From the NCBI GenBank assembly GCA_038496445.1, contig JALMLS010000334.1:1-64000 (forward strand): 64,000 bases of DNA, given 5' to 3'. Source of the DNA: Trichosphaerium sp. ATCC 40318 (lineage: Eukaryota > Protista > Tubulinea). The notes beneath the pieces were generated by a model. That model saw only the letters and a program-made list of their open reading frames with translations, was not told the origin of the DNA and ran no database searches. Below, piece after piece: positions 11,244 through 23,547 of the stretch. A program made the position numbers and the translations under genes. Each line of letters starts with the position of its first letter. The stretch's first letter is position 1.

Positions 11244-14200
11244 ATGATAAACGCTCAACTACAGGTCGAGTTTAGAGAGCTATCAGTGGAATCAAGAAAG
11301 AGACAAACAGAAATTAAAGATGTACGCTTTAGGGTTACTTGTTTTTGAGCAGTTACACTCTAAATACGGTTTTTAGGCGTCAGAGCAGGCAATACAGAGG
11401 TTACGAGCCATAGATAAGCAGTACAAAGAACGAGGGCTTCAAAGTGCAGGTACAAGATACATAAAGTGTAAAACTAATACAAGAATAGCCACAGCTAAGA
11501 GTGAAGAGATTTTGCGACCTTTAATTCTTGCTGTCGAATCAGGCGTACCAAAACTTGCACACATCGCTGTGGGTATTATTTTCAGGCTCATATCGCACTC
11601 CGCACTACACCCGGTACATACTAAAATGTCTACGTTGCGCACAGTTGGTGACGTTACACTACACAAGCTACATGCTGTCATAAAATCGCTTGACGTGTTC
11701 AACCACTATTTAATCCAAAAAATCCTTTGCGCGAGCTCGAACCAAGCGTCGTCGCTCAAAAACTGAGATAAAACGCCTAGCGTTATTTTTACAAAGCGTT
11801 GTTTTAAAAAAAGCTTTCAAAAAAATGCGACAACATAATTTCTTGTTTTTACTTACTACCCTCTAGAACAATGTAGGTAGAATTGTAAAGCTAATGGCGG
11901 ACTATTTACCCTCAGCATCTGAAGAAGTTCAAATAAAAATTCTACAAACGTCTGTGGCTATTCTATCATTGCCTACATTACCTCTACATAACGAAGAATT
12001 ATGCAAGGTATGTGTCATCTTATTCCTATGGTTTTAAAAAGTTGTGTCACTATTTACTTTTTTTTTCTTTTCTTTTTTTTCTGCGTTTTACTGACACAAG
12101 AACAAAGGCTCTTTGTATTCTATTCGCACTTCATAATTCCAATCGAGTACGAATACATCATCCAGCAAGCGCTAGCTTGCGCCAAGTCATTGGAATGTTG
12201 TTTGATCGTACAGATTCGTTTAAAAAGAAGAGACAATCTGATAGTAAAGCAGCTTATGAATACAGCATGTGTTTGACAGATTTACAGCGACTACTTAAGG
12301 TGAGGATTCCTTTGTGTCACTGTGCCTATTATTAAGCAATACAAATAGGATATATGCTGTCTCGCAGAAGGTCAACCTACTGATTGGTTACCAGTACATG
12401 TAAACAAACATGAAAAGATAAAAAATTGTTGATGTTTTGTTTAAGGACATGGAAAAGACTTTTGCTCTTGAACTTCTTGAAGAGACTATAGATAATAATG
12501 TAGCGCTATTTGTGGAGGTACATTATAATAACATTTCTTGGATTAGTAGCACAATGTATTGATTTATGTTAGACACCTGAATTATTGCGTATAATGACGG
12601 AACGTGTAAATATCACGGTTATTAAGATTTTACGTGAAAACAAAACATTTGAATTTACAATTCGTGTTTTACGTATCATCTCAAGCTTAGTATGCAATTA
12701 TACAAGCGTATTGGTACGTTCTCATTGATTTATAGTACATAATGATTACTAAAATATTATCTTCGTAGCTTAAAGAAAATGAAGTTTTACTTGCAAGAAT
12801 TGTTTCTCTTTTGGATATTGATTATCAAAGGTATGGATTGATCCTGTTGTTCGCGAATCCTTTGATTTACAAACTCATATTATAGGTGGCACCATGTAGC
12901 TGTATTAGAGACACTAAGAGAGCTATTAAAACGACCAGAGCTTCTACTGTAAGCTTTTATTTTTCACCTTTCTTTATGGTCTTTTAACAACATAGTACTC
13001 ACGTTGTTTAGTATTCTCTACGAAAACTATGATGCCAAGGAAGGTGCAATGCAATTATTTGATAAAATGGTGAATGCATTAGGAAGGTAAAGTTTGGGTT
13101 ATTGATCACGTGATTTTTTATTTCTAACACGTGACTGATTTTGATAGATTTGTTCAACACATGTTCAATTGGGATACTACAGCATTTGTTTTGCAACCAC
13201 AACTATTAAAAGCGCGATTGTACGGAAATATACTTGAGTACTTCGATTAGGTGACATTTTATAAGGTTGGATACTCAAGGAGGTGCTCCAGGTGATGTAC
13301 CTTTGAAAAATCTCGTTAGCGCAGCACAAGGTGGTTTGGTAGCTGTAGTGGAGTCAATTGGGTGCGAAGAGTTATTTTTCGCAATCACTTGGACTTGTTG
13401 TTAATAAGTTTTTATAGCACTCTCGGTACTGGTTCTGGTGTACCTGGTGATATTGGTGATCTTCCAAAATCTCATAATGTCGCTAAATTGATGGCTACAT
13501 CTGCTTGGCCAAGGTACTGACACCAAATAAATGTACTGCTTTTTGTACTCACCATGTCTGTTTAGCGTACTTGCTGCTTTAAGCTTGATGTTGTCTAAAA
13601 CAGAAGATGAAGAGTTTACGCAATCAATCTTAAATTCGTATCAATCGTTTATCAACACGTGCGGTACTCTCGATCTGGGTACACCACGTGATGCGTTCTT
13701 AACGTCTATGACAAAGTACGAACCAAGAAAAAAAGAAGGATAGCAGTACTTACCCATGAATCATAGGTTTGCAATTACCAAAGATGTATCAACAAAGAAC
13801 TTGTTAGCTTTGAAAACAATCCTTAATATTGCACATTGTATGGGTGGTATTCTAAAAGAGTCATGGCCTATCGTATTAGAAGCATTACATGGTCTACACG
13901 TGTATTTGAATACATTTAAAAAGGTACAATTTTTTATGTTGATATTTCAGCGTTTTTTTAGCTTTTGTGCTTACACCTTTGGCTTGATTTCTTGGTTGGG
14001 TGTTTTTGTTTTTACAAAACCTCCGTTAAATTTTTTACGCGTTCGCCAATATGTTCGTTAACAGTGGAATATAGGCTTCAAATCAAGGCAATGATGGACT
14101 ATCGCAAGAAATGTTGATACCTTCAGAAGATGTTAATATTTTGGCTTCTGCACTTGGTTCTTTATTCCATAGGTCATCTTATATTAGTGATGAAGCTATA

Positions 14201-17200
14201 CTTCACCTAGTAAGAGAACTTGCAGTTTTCTCACACCAAAAGGTTATTGATTTACCATCAATCGCTGATGAGCAATACGTCAAGGTATGCGTTTTTCTTC
14301 ATATCTTTTGGCGTGTAGCAAAGAAATATATGTTTTCCTGAGTGTAGATATTATGCACGTGTTGTTTGAGAATGCTGTGATTTATCTCTGTTATTTGAAA
14401 GTAGCAGCACGTGTTTTTTCTTTTTAGTTATTTTATTTTCTCGACAAGAAGTTGACCTTTTTTTTTGTTTAGACACAGAGTCTCTTTGGTTTGCAGAAAT
14501 TAACCGATCTCATGCGTGCTAATATGCATCGATTACATCTCATATGGAAACCAGCTGCTCGTCATATTGTGAATATTATATGTACACACGAGGTATGTTT
14601 TGTGGAAAAATCTAGTATGGACTTTCCGGTTTTTTTTCAAGTTTTTGTCTTGAAAGCAACCATGTTTAACTGTGATTTAGAACCCGTATATGAGACAACA
14701 TGGTATAAAAATGTTGTGCTCCGTAATTGAGGATGGTATAACACATAGATCAAAGAACTTGAACAACAAAGAACTGGTAGATATGCAAGTACTATACTTT
14801 GAGACTTTTGAAGAACTTGCAGCCTCTGAGTATAGTGATGTCAAAGAATCATCATTCGAAGCAATATACAATATTCTCGAAAGTGCAGGAGAGGTACTAA
14901 AATGAATTTAAGAACATAGGCATAACATCAGCTCTTCACCAAGACGAGTTTTTAAACAAAGTACTAAACGCTAAAAATAGACCATAACAAAAGGATGGAA
15001 GCAACTTCTTCAAATTTTAATGGGTGTGGCAGTCAACAATGATGCATTAGCTGTTCCTATTGCGTTCAAGAGTATAAGGATAATCTGTTCAGAGTTTTTA
15101 ACGTTTCTACCGATTGGTACACGCGAACTTTAAACATACCATGTTTTTTTTCTTTTTTTTTTTTGAAATACTTCATTCTGCTCACAATAAGTTTCATAGA
15201 GTGTCTTGATCAATGTATAATGGCAATTGGTCGTTATGGTAAACCTATAGCAGATATAAATATCAGTTGTGCTGCTATTGAGCTTTTATGGAATATGGCA
15301 GATTTTGTTGCAAAGGAGTCACCTAAAATTGAAAAACAAACAACTCTTATAAGTATTAACGAAGAACCTCTTGTACGGTTTGTTTTTCGTTTTATCTTTT
15401 TTTTCCTCTATTTGATCTTTTTGTTAACTTTTCTCGCCTCCTTAGGTGTCTATTTTGTGGATATCTCTTTTCTCTTCCCTACGTGTCCTCGCAGTTGCTG
15501 ATAGAAATGAAATAAGACATGCTGCACTTCACACACTTGTAAAGACTTTAGCTACTTATGGAGACACTCTTAAACCAAACGCTTGGGTTCTTACATGGAA
15601 CACAGTATTGTTCCCTGTTCTAGGAGAGATTTGCCGTAAAACAGCGGCTGCAGCAACTGAAGCAAGTCAAGCAAAGGTACGTCACTACTTTGGTTTTTTT
15701 TATTGTATTGTTTTATAAAGTGCATGATTCATTTCGTTCCTAGGGTGGTGATAGGCTTATAGTGCATTATTCACGTGACTCTCCAAAGAAGCAATGGAGT
15801 GAGACAAATGTTATAGCGTTATCAGGAGCTGTACGCGTTTTTAAAGTTGGTTTCCCTCTTCTTCAGAAATTATCCGATTTTGAAGAGATTTGGACAAGAC
15901 TGGTTGCTCTTGTTGTTGAATACTCTAAAATGGGTACCAGAGAGGTATGTGCTGCGTATAAACAACTATCAAACATATCTTTTGGTAACACGTGTACTTT
16001 ATCTAGATTGACCTTGCAAGTATCGCTTCAATCAAGGAGCTCATACTGACAAGATACGGTAATGATAATTTCCCAAGACCTCTTTGGGTTGCTGTTTGGG
16101 ATGCTATGAAAGTAATATCAGGTCGTCTTGGTGCTCCTCAAGAAGGAAAATCAAGATCACGTGTTTTATCAGCGCTTGTATGTCAAAAAGAGAGTTTTTC
16201 TTTAACTTAACTTAAACTTCACTCTCTTGCTTAACTCATTTGTTTCTTTACAGGTTGTCTCTTTAACAGAGATTTTTTCAAAACTTCAGCGCGATTTAAC
16301 AGAAGAAGATGTTCTTGCAATGATGTCAATTCTACGTCCTATTCCGCTTAATCCAGTTGAATTTATTGGTGATGATTTATCGCTTCTACAACGTTCTTGT
16401 ATGGAATTGATTCAGCGTATACTGAACGAAAAACAAGCTGTTCCAGTGATAGCTGATACGTTATTGTATTTTATTGAACAAGTACGAAAGCTTTTACATA
16501 ATATTTAATCACTTCTTGCAAAGCGTCAACCCTCAACTCGTTTCTGAAAAAAATACTTTATTTTCGAATCACTTTTGTCACTTTATAAAAATTATACGAT
16601 TTGCTTGCAACCCACCTTGGCGTTTTTCATTGCTATGGCCAGCTTTATAATTTGTTTTTACAATGTTCTTATTGTTTATTTCTAACCTTTTGATAGAGTA
16701 TTGGTATATCAGATGTAGTAGAGAGCTATCACTCACTTCGTGTGTCTGTTGGACACTTACCTTTAGCTGAAAAGTCTACAAGTTTATTAGACGTTATTTG
16801 GACTGAGCATGCCACAGATGAACAACGTATTCAAATGTTCCCTCGTCTTGTAAAGGTAAAAAAAGCCCCAAAACATGCTTCATTATCAAACATCATTCTA
16901 ATACTCTTTGTTTAGGTGCTTGGTGCGGGAGCTTTAGTAAAGTTTACGAACTACAATTCAAATCTATGGGCTTTATCTTTACAAACATTATCTACAACAG
17001 TGCGTAATGGAGTACCATTATTACTGGGCAATAAGAGTACGTGTCAACTAAAGTTAAAAACTGCAGTTTGGGGGTTTTTTTTGAATTTACTGTTGCTTGC
17101 TATGGTTACTGTTCTTCTTTTTCAGCCACTAGTTAATGAGTTTTCGTTTAGGAGATAGTGCTACAATAGTGTTAAAAGACATTCAAAGGACTGTAAGTAG

Positions 17201-18077
17201 ATGATCATTTCAAAGATTATGTTTTCTAAGAATTCATTCTAGGCAGCTCAATTCATCCTTACAGAGCCTCCTGTTGACTCCTTACATGATAGATCATTAA
17301 AAGAGAGGGATGAGGATCAAGAGAGAAGGTTGATGGAGATATTAAGAGTAGACGTTATTCAGAATTCAAAGAAACATAAGGAGATAGGAAGAGAAGCTAT
17401 TTCTTTACTTGTTGAAGCTACAAAGAAACTTGAGAGGGATAAATTGGTTACAGCTTCTTTAACCCAGTTATTTTTACTTGCTGCTATGGCAACAAACCCA
17501 GATTGTACGCATCTAATTACGTAATTTTTGACAGTGGCGGACAGAATCACTCAATTTTGTTTTTTGTGGCAATAATCCTATTCGTATTTTTTTCTCGTTT
17601 TTTTTTTCATTTGTCAGCTTGCTTGTTCGATTTTTTTTGTTTTTTTTTGTTATGGCCATACTCAATTACTTATGTTATTTTTTATTAGCACCTTATTCAT
17701 CGAACTTTGAAACAGCGAAAGTGGTTGTACCTTTTTTATTGACAAGATGCAAAGAAATTATCAAGAAATTTATTATAGATGATAAGCAATCTGGTTCACT
17801 ACCTCTTCCAAGTTACAGACTTACAGAGATTACATTTATACTAGAGAAGCTTAAAAACTTTCAAATACCACCACAAGTAGTAACTAGTAGTGATAAGAGC
17901 TTAAAGAATGTTGAAAAGTATTTTCATGTTTCAGAAGGAAGAGCGCACTTGTTGTCTTTGTTCCCACTCATGGTCGATTTGATTGCTGTTAAGGAAGATA
18001 ATATTAAGAAACTTTTACAAGAGACATTCCATGTTGTTGCTAGAGAGCTTGGACTTGAAGAAAAACCTCGGACATAA
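11244..18077 (+). CDS. MON2: MON2 (Sec7-related Golgi/endosome trafficking protein)
   Basis: N-terminus FRELSVESRKRQTEIKDASEQ, PRDAFLTSM, KNLLALKTILNIAHCMGGILKESW, DINISCAAIELLW, HYSRDSPKKQWSET, FIIDDKQSGSLPLPSYR; about 27 GT-AG introns in continuous frame. Confidence 0.92.
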
Positions 18078-18517
18078 AGAAAAATAAAAAGCAAAAAAAA
18101 AACCCCAAGAAAGTATTGTAGAAAAGATAAAAAAAAGTAAAATACCCTGTTAAGTGTACATTTAGCTTCTAGCACATCGCAATTACAAAGTATACGTGCT
18201 GTTACCTGATAACTTAACAAACGTTTCGAGCTATTATTGGCGCAATTCTAACATACAGTGCCTAATTTTGTACACATGGAATGAACGAATAAGACTTTGA
18301 GCTTGGCTTGCATCACTTACAATGAAACATTCCACGTGATAAGCAACGGTTGGAAGGAATCTGCCCTAAGTGTAAACAAATAGTGCCACACTCAAAGGTT
18401 ACACTAACCTTTGTAAAACTGACTTATGTGAATCAACAGCTGTTCTGCACTGGTCAAGGTTATTGAAATTGTGTTTATTGAATACTCTATGAGATATCTG
18501 CCAAGTACATTCTACGC

Positions 18518-19446
18518 TTAAATGGTAGCAAGCGCTACTTTGATGCCTTCCAACTCCTTATTCATGAGATGAATCATGATAATAGCCGACTGATCTGGCT
18601 CGAAGGTTGATTTCATTTCATCCATGATTGCCTTACGAGTTTTCTTCATATCCTTTCTTTCATCCTTGATTTTTCCAAGAATCGTTTCTGTTGCCTTCTT
18701 GTCATCCTTATCGTCCGCTTTTTTAAGTGACTCGATTAAAGGTTCCATACGAGCGCGTCCTTGGTTTTGCTTAGTAGTAATAAACTAAGGCAGAAATTAG
18801 TTGTTGACGTTAAAGAAAAGAAAAAGCGTACCTTCAAGAAATTGTCTTTCTTCTTCTTTTGCTTGTCCTTAAGTTTTAATTCAGGCTCAACGTCTTCAAT
18901 CGCTTTTGCCATCGCTGCAACAGGTGCCAAGTCATCGTTTTCTTTGATTTGCTCGCCAAGGTGAATGAGTAGAGTTGCCTATACAACACGTGTCAATCAA
19001 GTTATAAGAGATGGATTGATGGGATATGTTTGACTAAAAAAAGATACGTACGCGTTGTTTGACAGTGAGCATGTCTGCAATCTTATCTAATGTTTTCTCC
19101 TTACGAGAGTCTTCAGCCTAAAAATAACATAAGGTTTTCAAGAATTTGTAATCTTTGTGATAGCGCACCTCCATGAATTTGTCAAGTTCGACTTTCTTCT
19201 TTAGTAACTTTACATGCCATGCCATTTTCTTGGCAGTAGATATAGCTTTAACCTCTACAGATAGGTGTAAGTAACAACAAACCAAAACACAAACCGAATG
19301 ATACCTTCAAGTATCTTAACAGCTTCTGGTAGATTTTTTTCAGCGTCCTTTAGAGCAGCTTTTAGCACGACATTGATTTTAGCCTTTTGATCATCAGTGA
19401 CTTCGGCTTTGTCTGCTGCGTTTCTGAGAGGTGTAAGGATATCCAT
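18518..19446 (-). CDS. Helical Spy/CpxP-like repeat protein, copy B (intact)
   Basis: Five exons splice in frame. LTxxQ-like motifs VTDDQK, LTVKQR, LKDKQK, FEPDQS. Paralog of 4596-5512. Confidence 0.7.
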
Positions 19447-19574
19447 TTTTTGCTTTTGTTGAGTTGTTGTTGAGTTGTTGTTTTAAGGATTGATGTTGTT
19501 GAATAATGAATGATCAGTCTCTTATTTTTTTATCAAATTTATTTTTATAAATACAAACTGTTTCCCCGTTTCCA
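19380..19574. repeat. Right arm of the inverted repeat (promoter/5' end of copy B, includes TATAAAA on the minus strand)
   Basis: Reverse complement of 4469-4660; TATA-like tttataaaaa at about 19542-19551. Confidence 0.9.
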
Positions 19575-20437
19575 AACAATTTGCCCGAGCCTTCAAATGA
19601 CCTCTATAGCGCCTAATAAAAGTGAGAACCACTAAAACAAGCCTCAACAGCAAAGCTGTAGTATTTTGGTGACAAAAAACTGCTAAAAATTACGTCAACG
19701 CATAAAATCGCAATATGAAGTCATATGCGGCTGTTAATACAATTCGATACCTAAATTTTCATAAGACCATGCCAAACGTAAAAAAAACCAATCGACTGTT
19801 ATTATTTTTGGTTCACTGAACCCTACGACAATGCAAAATTTTGCTGGCGACTGTCGAATCCAAGTGGTACTTTAATGTGGTAGTTGGTCGGAAATAGTTC
19901 GTTGTACAATCTAAAACTGAAGTGCTTACACAGGGATGCTTGTCTTTATTTTCTATCAATCCAAGCGTTGGAATTACTTCACAATAAGTATCTAAAATAG
20001 AACAATGCTCGGGTGAAAACAAAGTAGGTGGCTTGTTCCATAGGTGACTTTAAACCCTTGGACCAAGGGCTAGCAGTGACACGTCGCAATAAATTAAAAA
20101 AAGTGGCTACTCTAATGCATTAACACTATTGACAGTACCCAGCTTTGTTGTGGTGGAACATGTTCCCTTTCTCTAACTATTTCATAAGTACCTCATATTA
20201 TATCCTTCTTTTTAACGCAATACAATTGCATCATGTTTCTTACACGTTGAGATACAACAATTTTTGGTCCAAAAAAGTAATGTTTCATGGCTAGCAACAC
20301 TCGAAAACACGCGAATTTGTTGACATGAAATTAATCAATTATCAGAAATGCTTGCGCCATTGCATGTACGGATAGATAACAATAAAATGAGAACTTGTTG
20401 TCAAATGGGGTTGTTGTTGCTTAGTACATATTGGTAT

Positions 20438-21208
20438 TCAGATGTTTACACACACTCAAGACGAGCGCACTCCATACGCCAAATTCTGTCAGGACCTCTG
20501 TTGAAAAAAAGTTAAAATATGAAAATATGAACATGTTTCTTACCCATAGACAGTTCTAAACCCGACAATGTACGGTGTGTCAGGAGGGCAGTCAATATTT
20601 CCTTGGCCATCGAATCCAGGTACAATATTAAAAACATCTAAAAGCCCATTAGCAACGAACAAAACAAAAGCAAATAATGTACTCACTTAACCAAACATTG
20701 TCAAAAGTATTACAAGTCAGAGCAGCATGCGTTCTTATAAAGGTAAGAAAAAAGTCTCAAGCATAAACCTATAGTCTTAAATTACCTGCAACGAGTCCTG
20801 AACGATCTATCATTAGCAGCATTTATCCAATTTGATCCAGAGATTCCTTGCACGAGGTTACAAACAACAAAGTAAGTGTATCATACTATCAAATGCGTAG
20901 CCATTTGGGCACTGTATAAGGAAATCGCTTCCTAAGGCAGTCACGTCGAAAGTTGATGCACCTGCGAGGACAATACTGTCTTCACATCTCCAACGAAATC
21001 TTCGCGGTAAACCGAAGGCTACAGTGCGAACACCTGTTAGAGCACCTGTAGCGCATTCTCTTGTCCATCCAGGGTTAGCAGGTGTAGCTGCGGGTGGCAT
21101 AGATGGTACAATGGCAGCCAAACATCTGGTAGCGGTTAATATACTAAGAGTGAACAGAGTCGCTTACATTGATAAGAAGAGTGAGAAAAAGAGGATCTGT
21201 TGTGTCAT
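20438..21208 (-). CDS. Secreted dermatopontin/DERM-like protein
   Basis: Signal peptide, then three repeats ending R.F.W.C / DRSFRTRC / DRIWRMEC, and FDGQGNIDCP...IVGF; 5 introns in frame. Confidence 0.6.
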
Positions 21209-21692
21209 CAAAGTTGTTTTCGTACTTTGACTTTTTTCTTCTCACGTCGAGAAATCATGAAATGATGTCTATAACTGAACAATTTCACATGAATACAAGA
21301 AGCAAAAAGCTTCAACGCTATGAGGGTAGGTAATACAACACTTAAATATAAACGTAGAATTACGCTTCCGAACCATTTATGTTTTCTATGAAAACACGTG
21401 CTGTTTTTTCAAACGCTGTATGAATAAACACCACGTATTTACATTTGTACCATAATTTCCATTCACTATCGCCTTTTTGTAAAGCTAGTATACGTAGTGG
21501 TCTTGATGGCAGGAATGGTACTTTATTGCAAGTTGCAATACTGATAATATCAAACTCTACCAGCTACACCTCAGGGCGTAATGACAACTTCATTTTTGCT
21601 CTTTCAGCTAATATTTTTGTTAAGTAAAATATTGTAAAGCGCATGAATTCAAAGATCAGTAAAAACAACACTTCTTCTGACTCCAAACCGCA

Positions 21693-22628
21693 ATGAAATC
21701 GTACCTGTTATTGACTATTTTGTCTTCATACGTTATCCTTGTATCCTGCAATGTACGTTTAGTACTACAATTAATGTTGACCTAATTTTGAGCAGTGCTC
21801 TTGCTTGAATTTGTTTGGTAAATGTATTCTAGAACAAGACAGATGTCCTCCTGGTACTCAACCATCATGTACTAATATCAATGGAAACTGTGATTGTGAA
21901 TGTGTTGAGCCGCCAACAGCTCCTCCGCCAACGCCAACACCTCTTGATTGCGACCAACCTATGCTTTCGGATAGATTTTCTGCTTCAGACTGTAGCCAAG
22001 GAACCGCGTACTTAGAAGCTTGTACAGAAGCCAGGGACGACTGTGACCAAAAGTGTACAGATGCTGGATATATTACATCTCAACATCATTCATGCAGTGC
22101 AACAACAGAAGACTACAACCTTCCATGCTGTAGAAATGGAAGATTCTATGATGTGTCTGTAAAAGCGGCTTGTTGTTGTTGTAATGTAAGTGCTCCTTCA
22201 GCACCTACAACTCCTGTTGATCCAGTATGTACAAGACACTAGTCTATTGTTTGTTAATAGCATAGTTGACTACTATCTAGCCTTGCTGTGAATATGATGC
22301 TGACACTAATTCATGTATCGATAATTCTTGTAGCAGTAGATCCCCATCAACAACTCTACCAACAACATGCGCTAGAGTCACTGTATTGAACGAAGAAGAC
22401 GGTACGCTGCAAGACCTTTGAAATAATATATTCATACCAATTTTAGACACAACAAGCACAAGATGTCTTTGTCAAGTTGCTACACAACCTAGTAGTTTAT
22501 GTGGAGTGTATTGTGGAGATCAGACTCAATGCGAAAACTACTTGAATGGAATTGGAATTTTTGATGTACTAGGATGTGTTAGTGCAGAAAACAATACTTG
22601 TATTTGTTCAATATGTGGTAGCGAATAA
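21693..22628 (+). CDS. Secreted cysteine-rich protein with Pro/Thr linkers
   Basis: Signal peptide MKSYLLLTILSSYVILVSC, very many Cys (including CCCC), PPTAPPPTPTP linkers; 3 introns. Confidence 0.75.
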
Positions 22629-22719
22629 TAGGTGAAAACGTGACAGTAAGTATTGTACTACAATGGATAAGAACAACCGTTATAAATACATTTATTGTAA
22701 AGAGCACGGTATGGTAAAT

Positions 22720-23260
22720 ATCTTAGTTATGAAGGCACTACAAGCCGCCCTGTCCTCACTTATACGCCACTTGTTAAAAACACGTCCAGGTTGACCAAGT
22801 ACTCAAAACATGACCCTGTGATTTTGCCACAGCGATGAAACCTGAGCCGCTTGAGATTCTCTAAATGCTTTTACTACCGTAATGCCACATATATGAACTA
22901 TGTGTTAGCAAGGTATTCAAACCTTTCAGGGTGAGTGAGTAATATCATGGACATCTTTGAGTGCTTTTATACCTTAAACAATAATATTCTCACAGCTATA
23001 GAGTGATTGTATGGACAAACTTGAGAGCCTTCAATGAACCATCTGTTATATATGTATTAGATATGTTGATGTTGTGGATACTGTGTCGTCCTTCAACAAG
23101 TGACAGAATACCTTCATCGCTAATTTCCGTGTTATTTACTTGTATGGTGTGAACACAACGGAGATAACCCATGCAGCTTTTTTGCCTCTCGCTCACAACG
23201 CTCCTGAAAAGCATTCAAATAGTCGAACTTGGCTCTTCTACGCATGTAACCCCATACAGA
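22720..23260 (-). pseudogene. Leucine-rich-repeat (FBXL-type) pseudogene fragment
   Basis: LRR repeats VNNTEISDEGILSL, INISNTYITDGSLKAL and LRFHRCGKITGSCF, interrupted by a frameshift and stops. Confidence 0.55.
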
Positions 23261-23547
23261 GGGAAACGTTAAAGTGGAAGTCGACAGTGAAGGTGCTCAT
23301 GCGACTTGTTGTGGTTTTTTTTGTAGTCACTGGAAACGTTCATGCGATGTTGCTTCATTTTCTTATTCCATTGACAATCTATTCTATTCCCAACATTGCA
23401 ATAACTGCAGTTACATAACCCCATAAAAAACCTTGTGCAGCACAAAACACAGTACAAACTTGTCAACGTAGACAATATTCCCAAAATGGAAAAAACTAAA
23501 CAACCCCAAATTTTGCTTTTTTTTCAGAATTGAAACCAAAGAAGATC

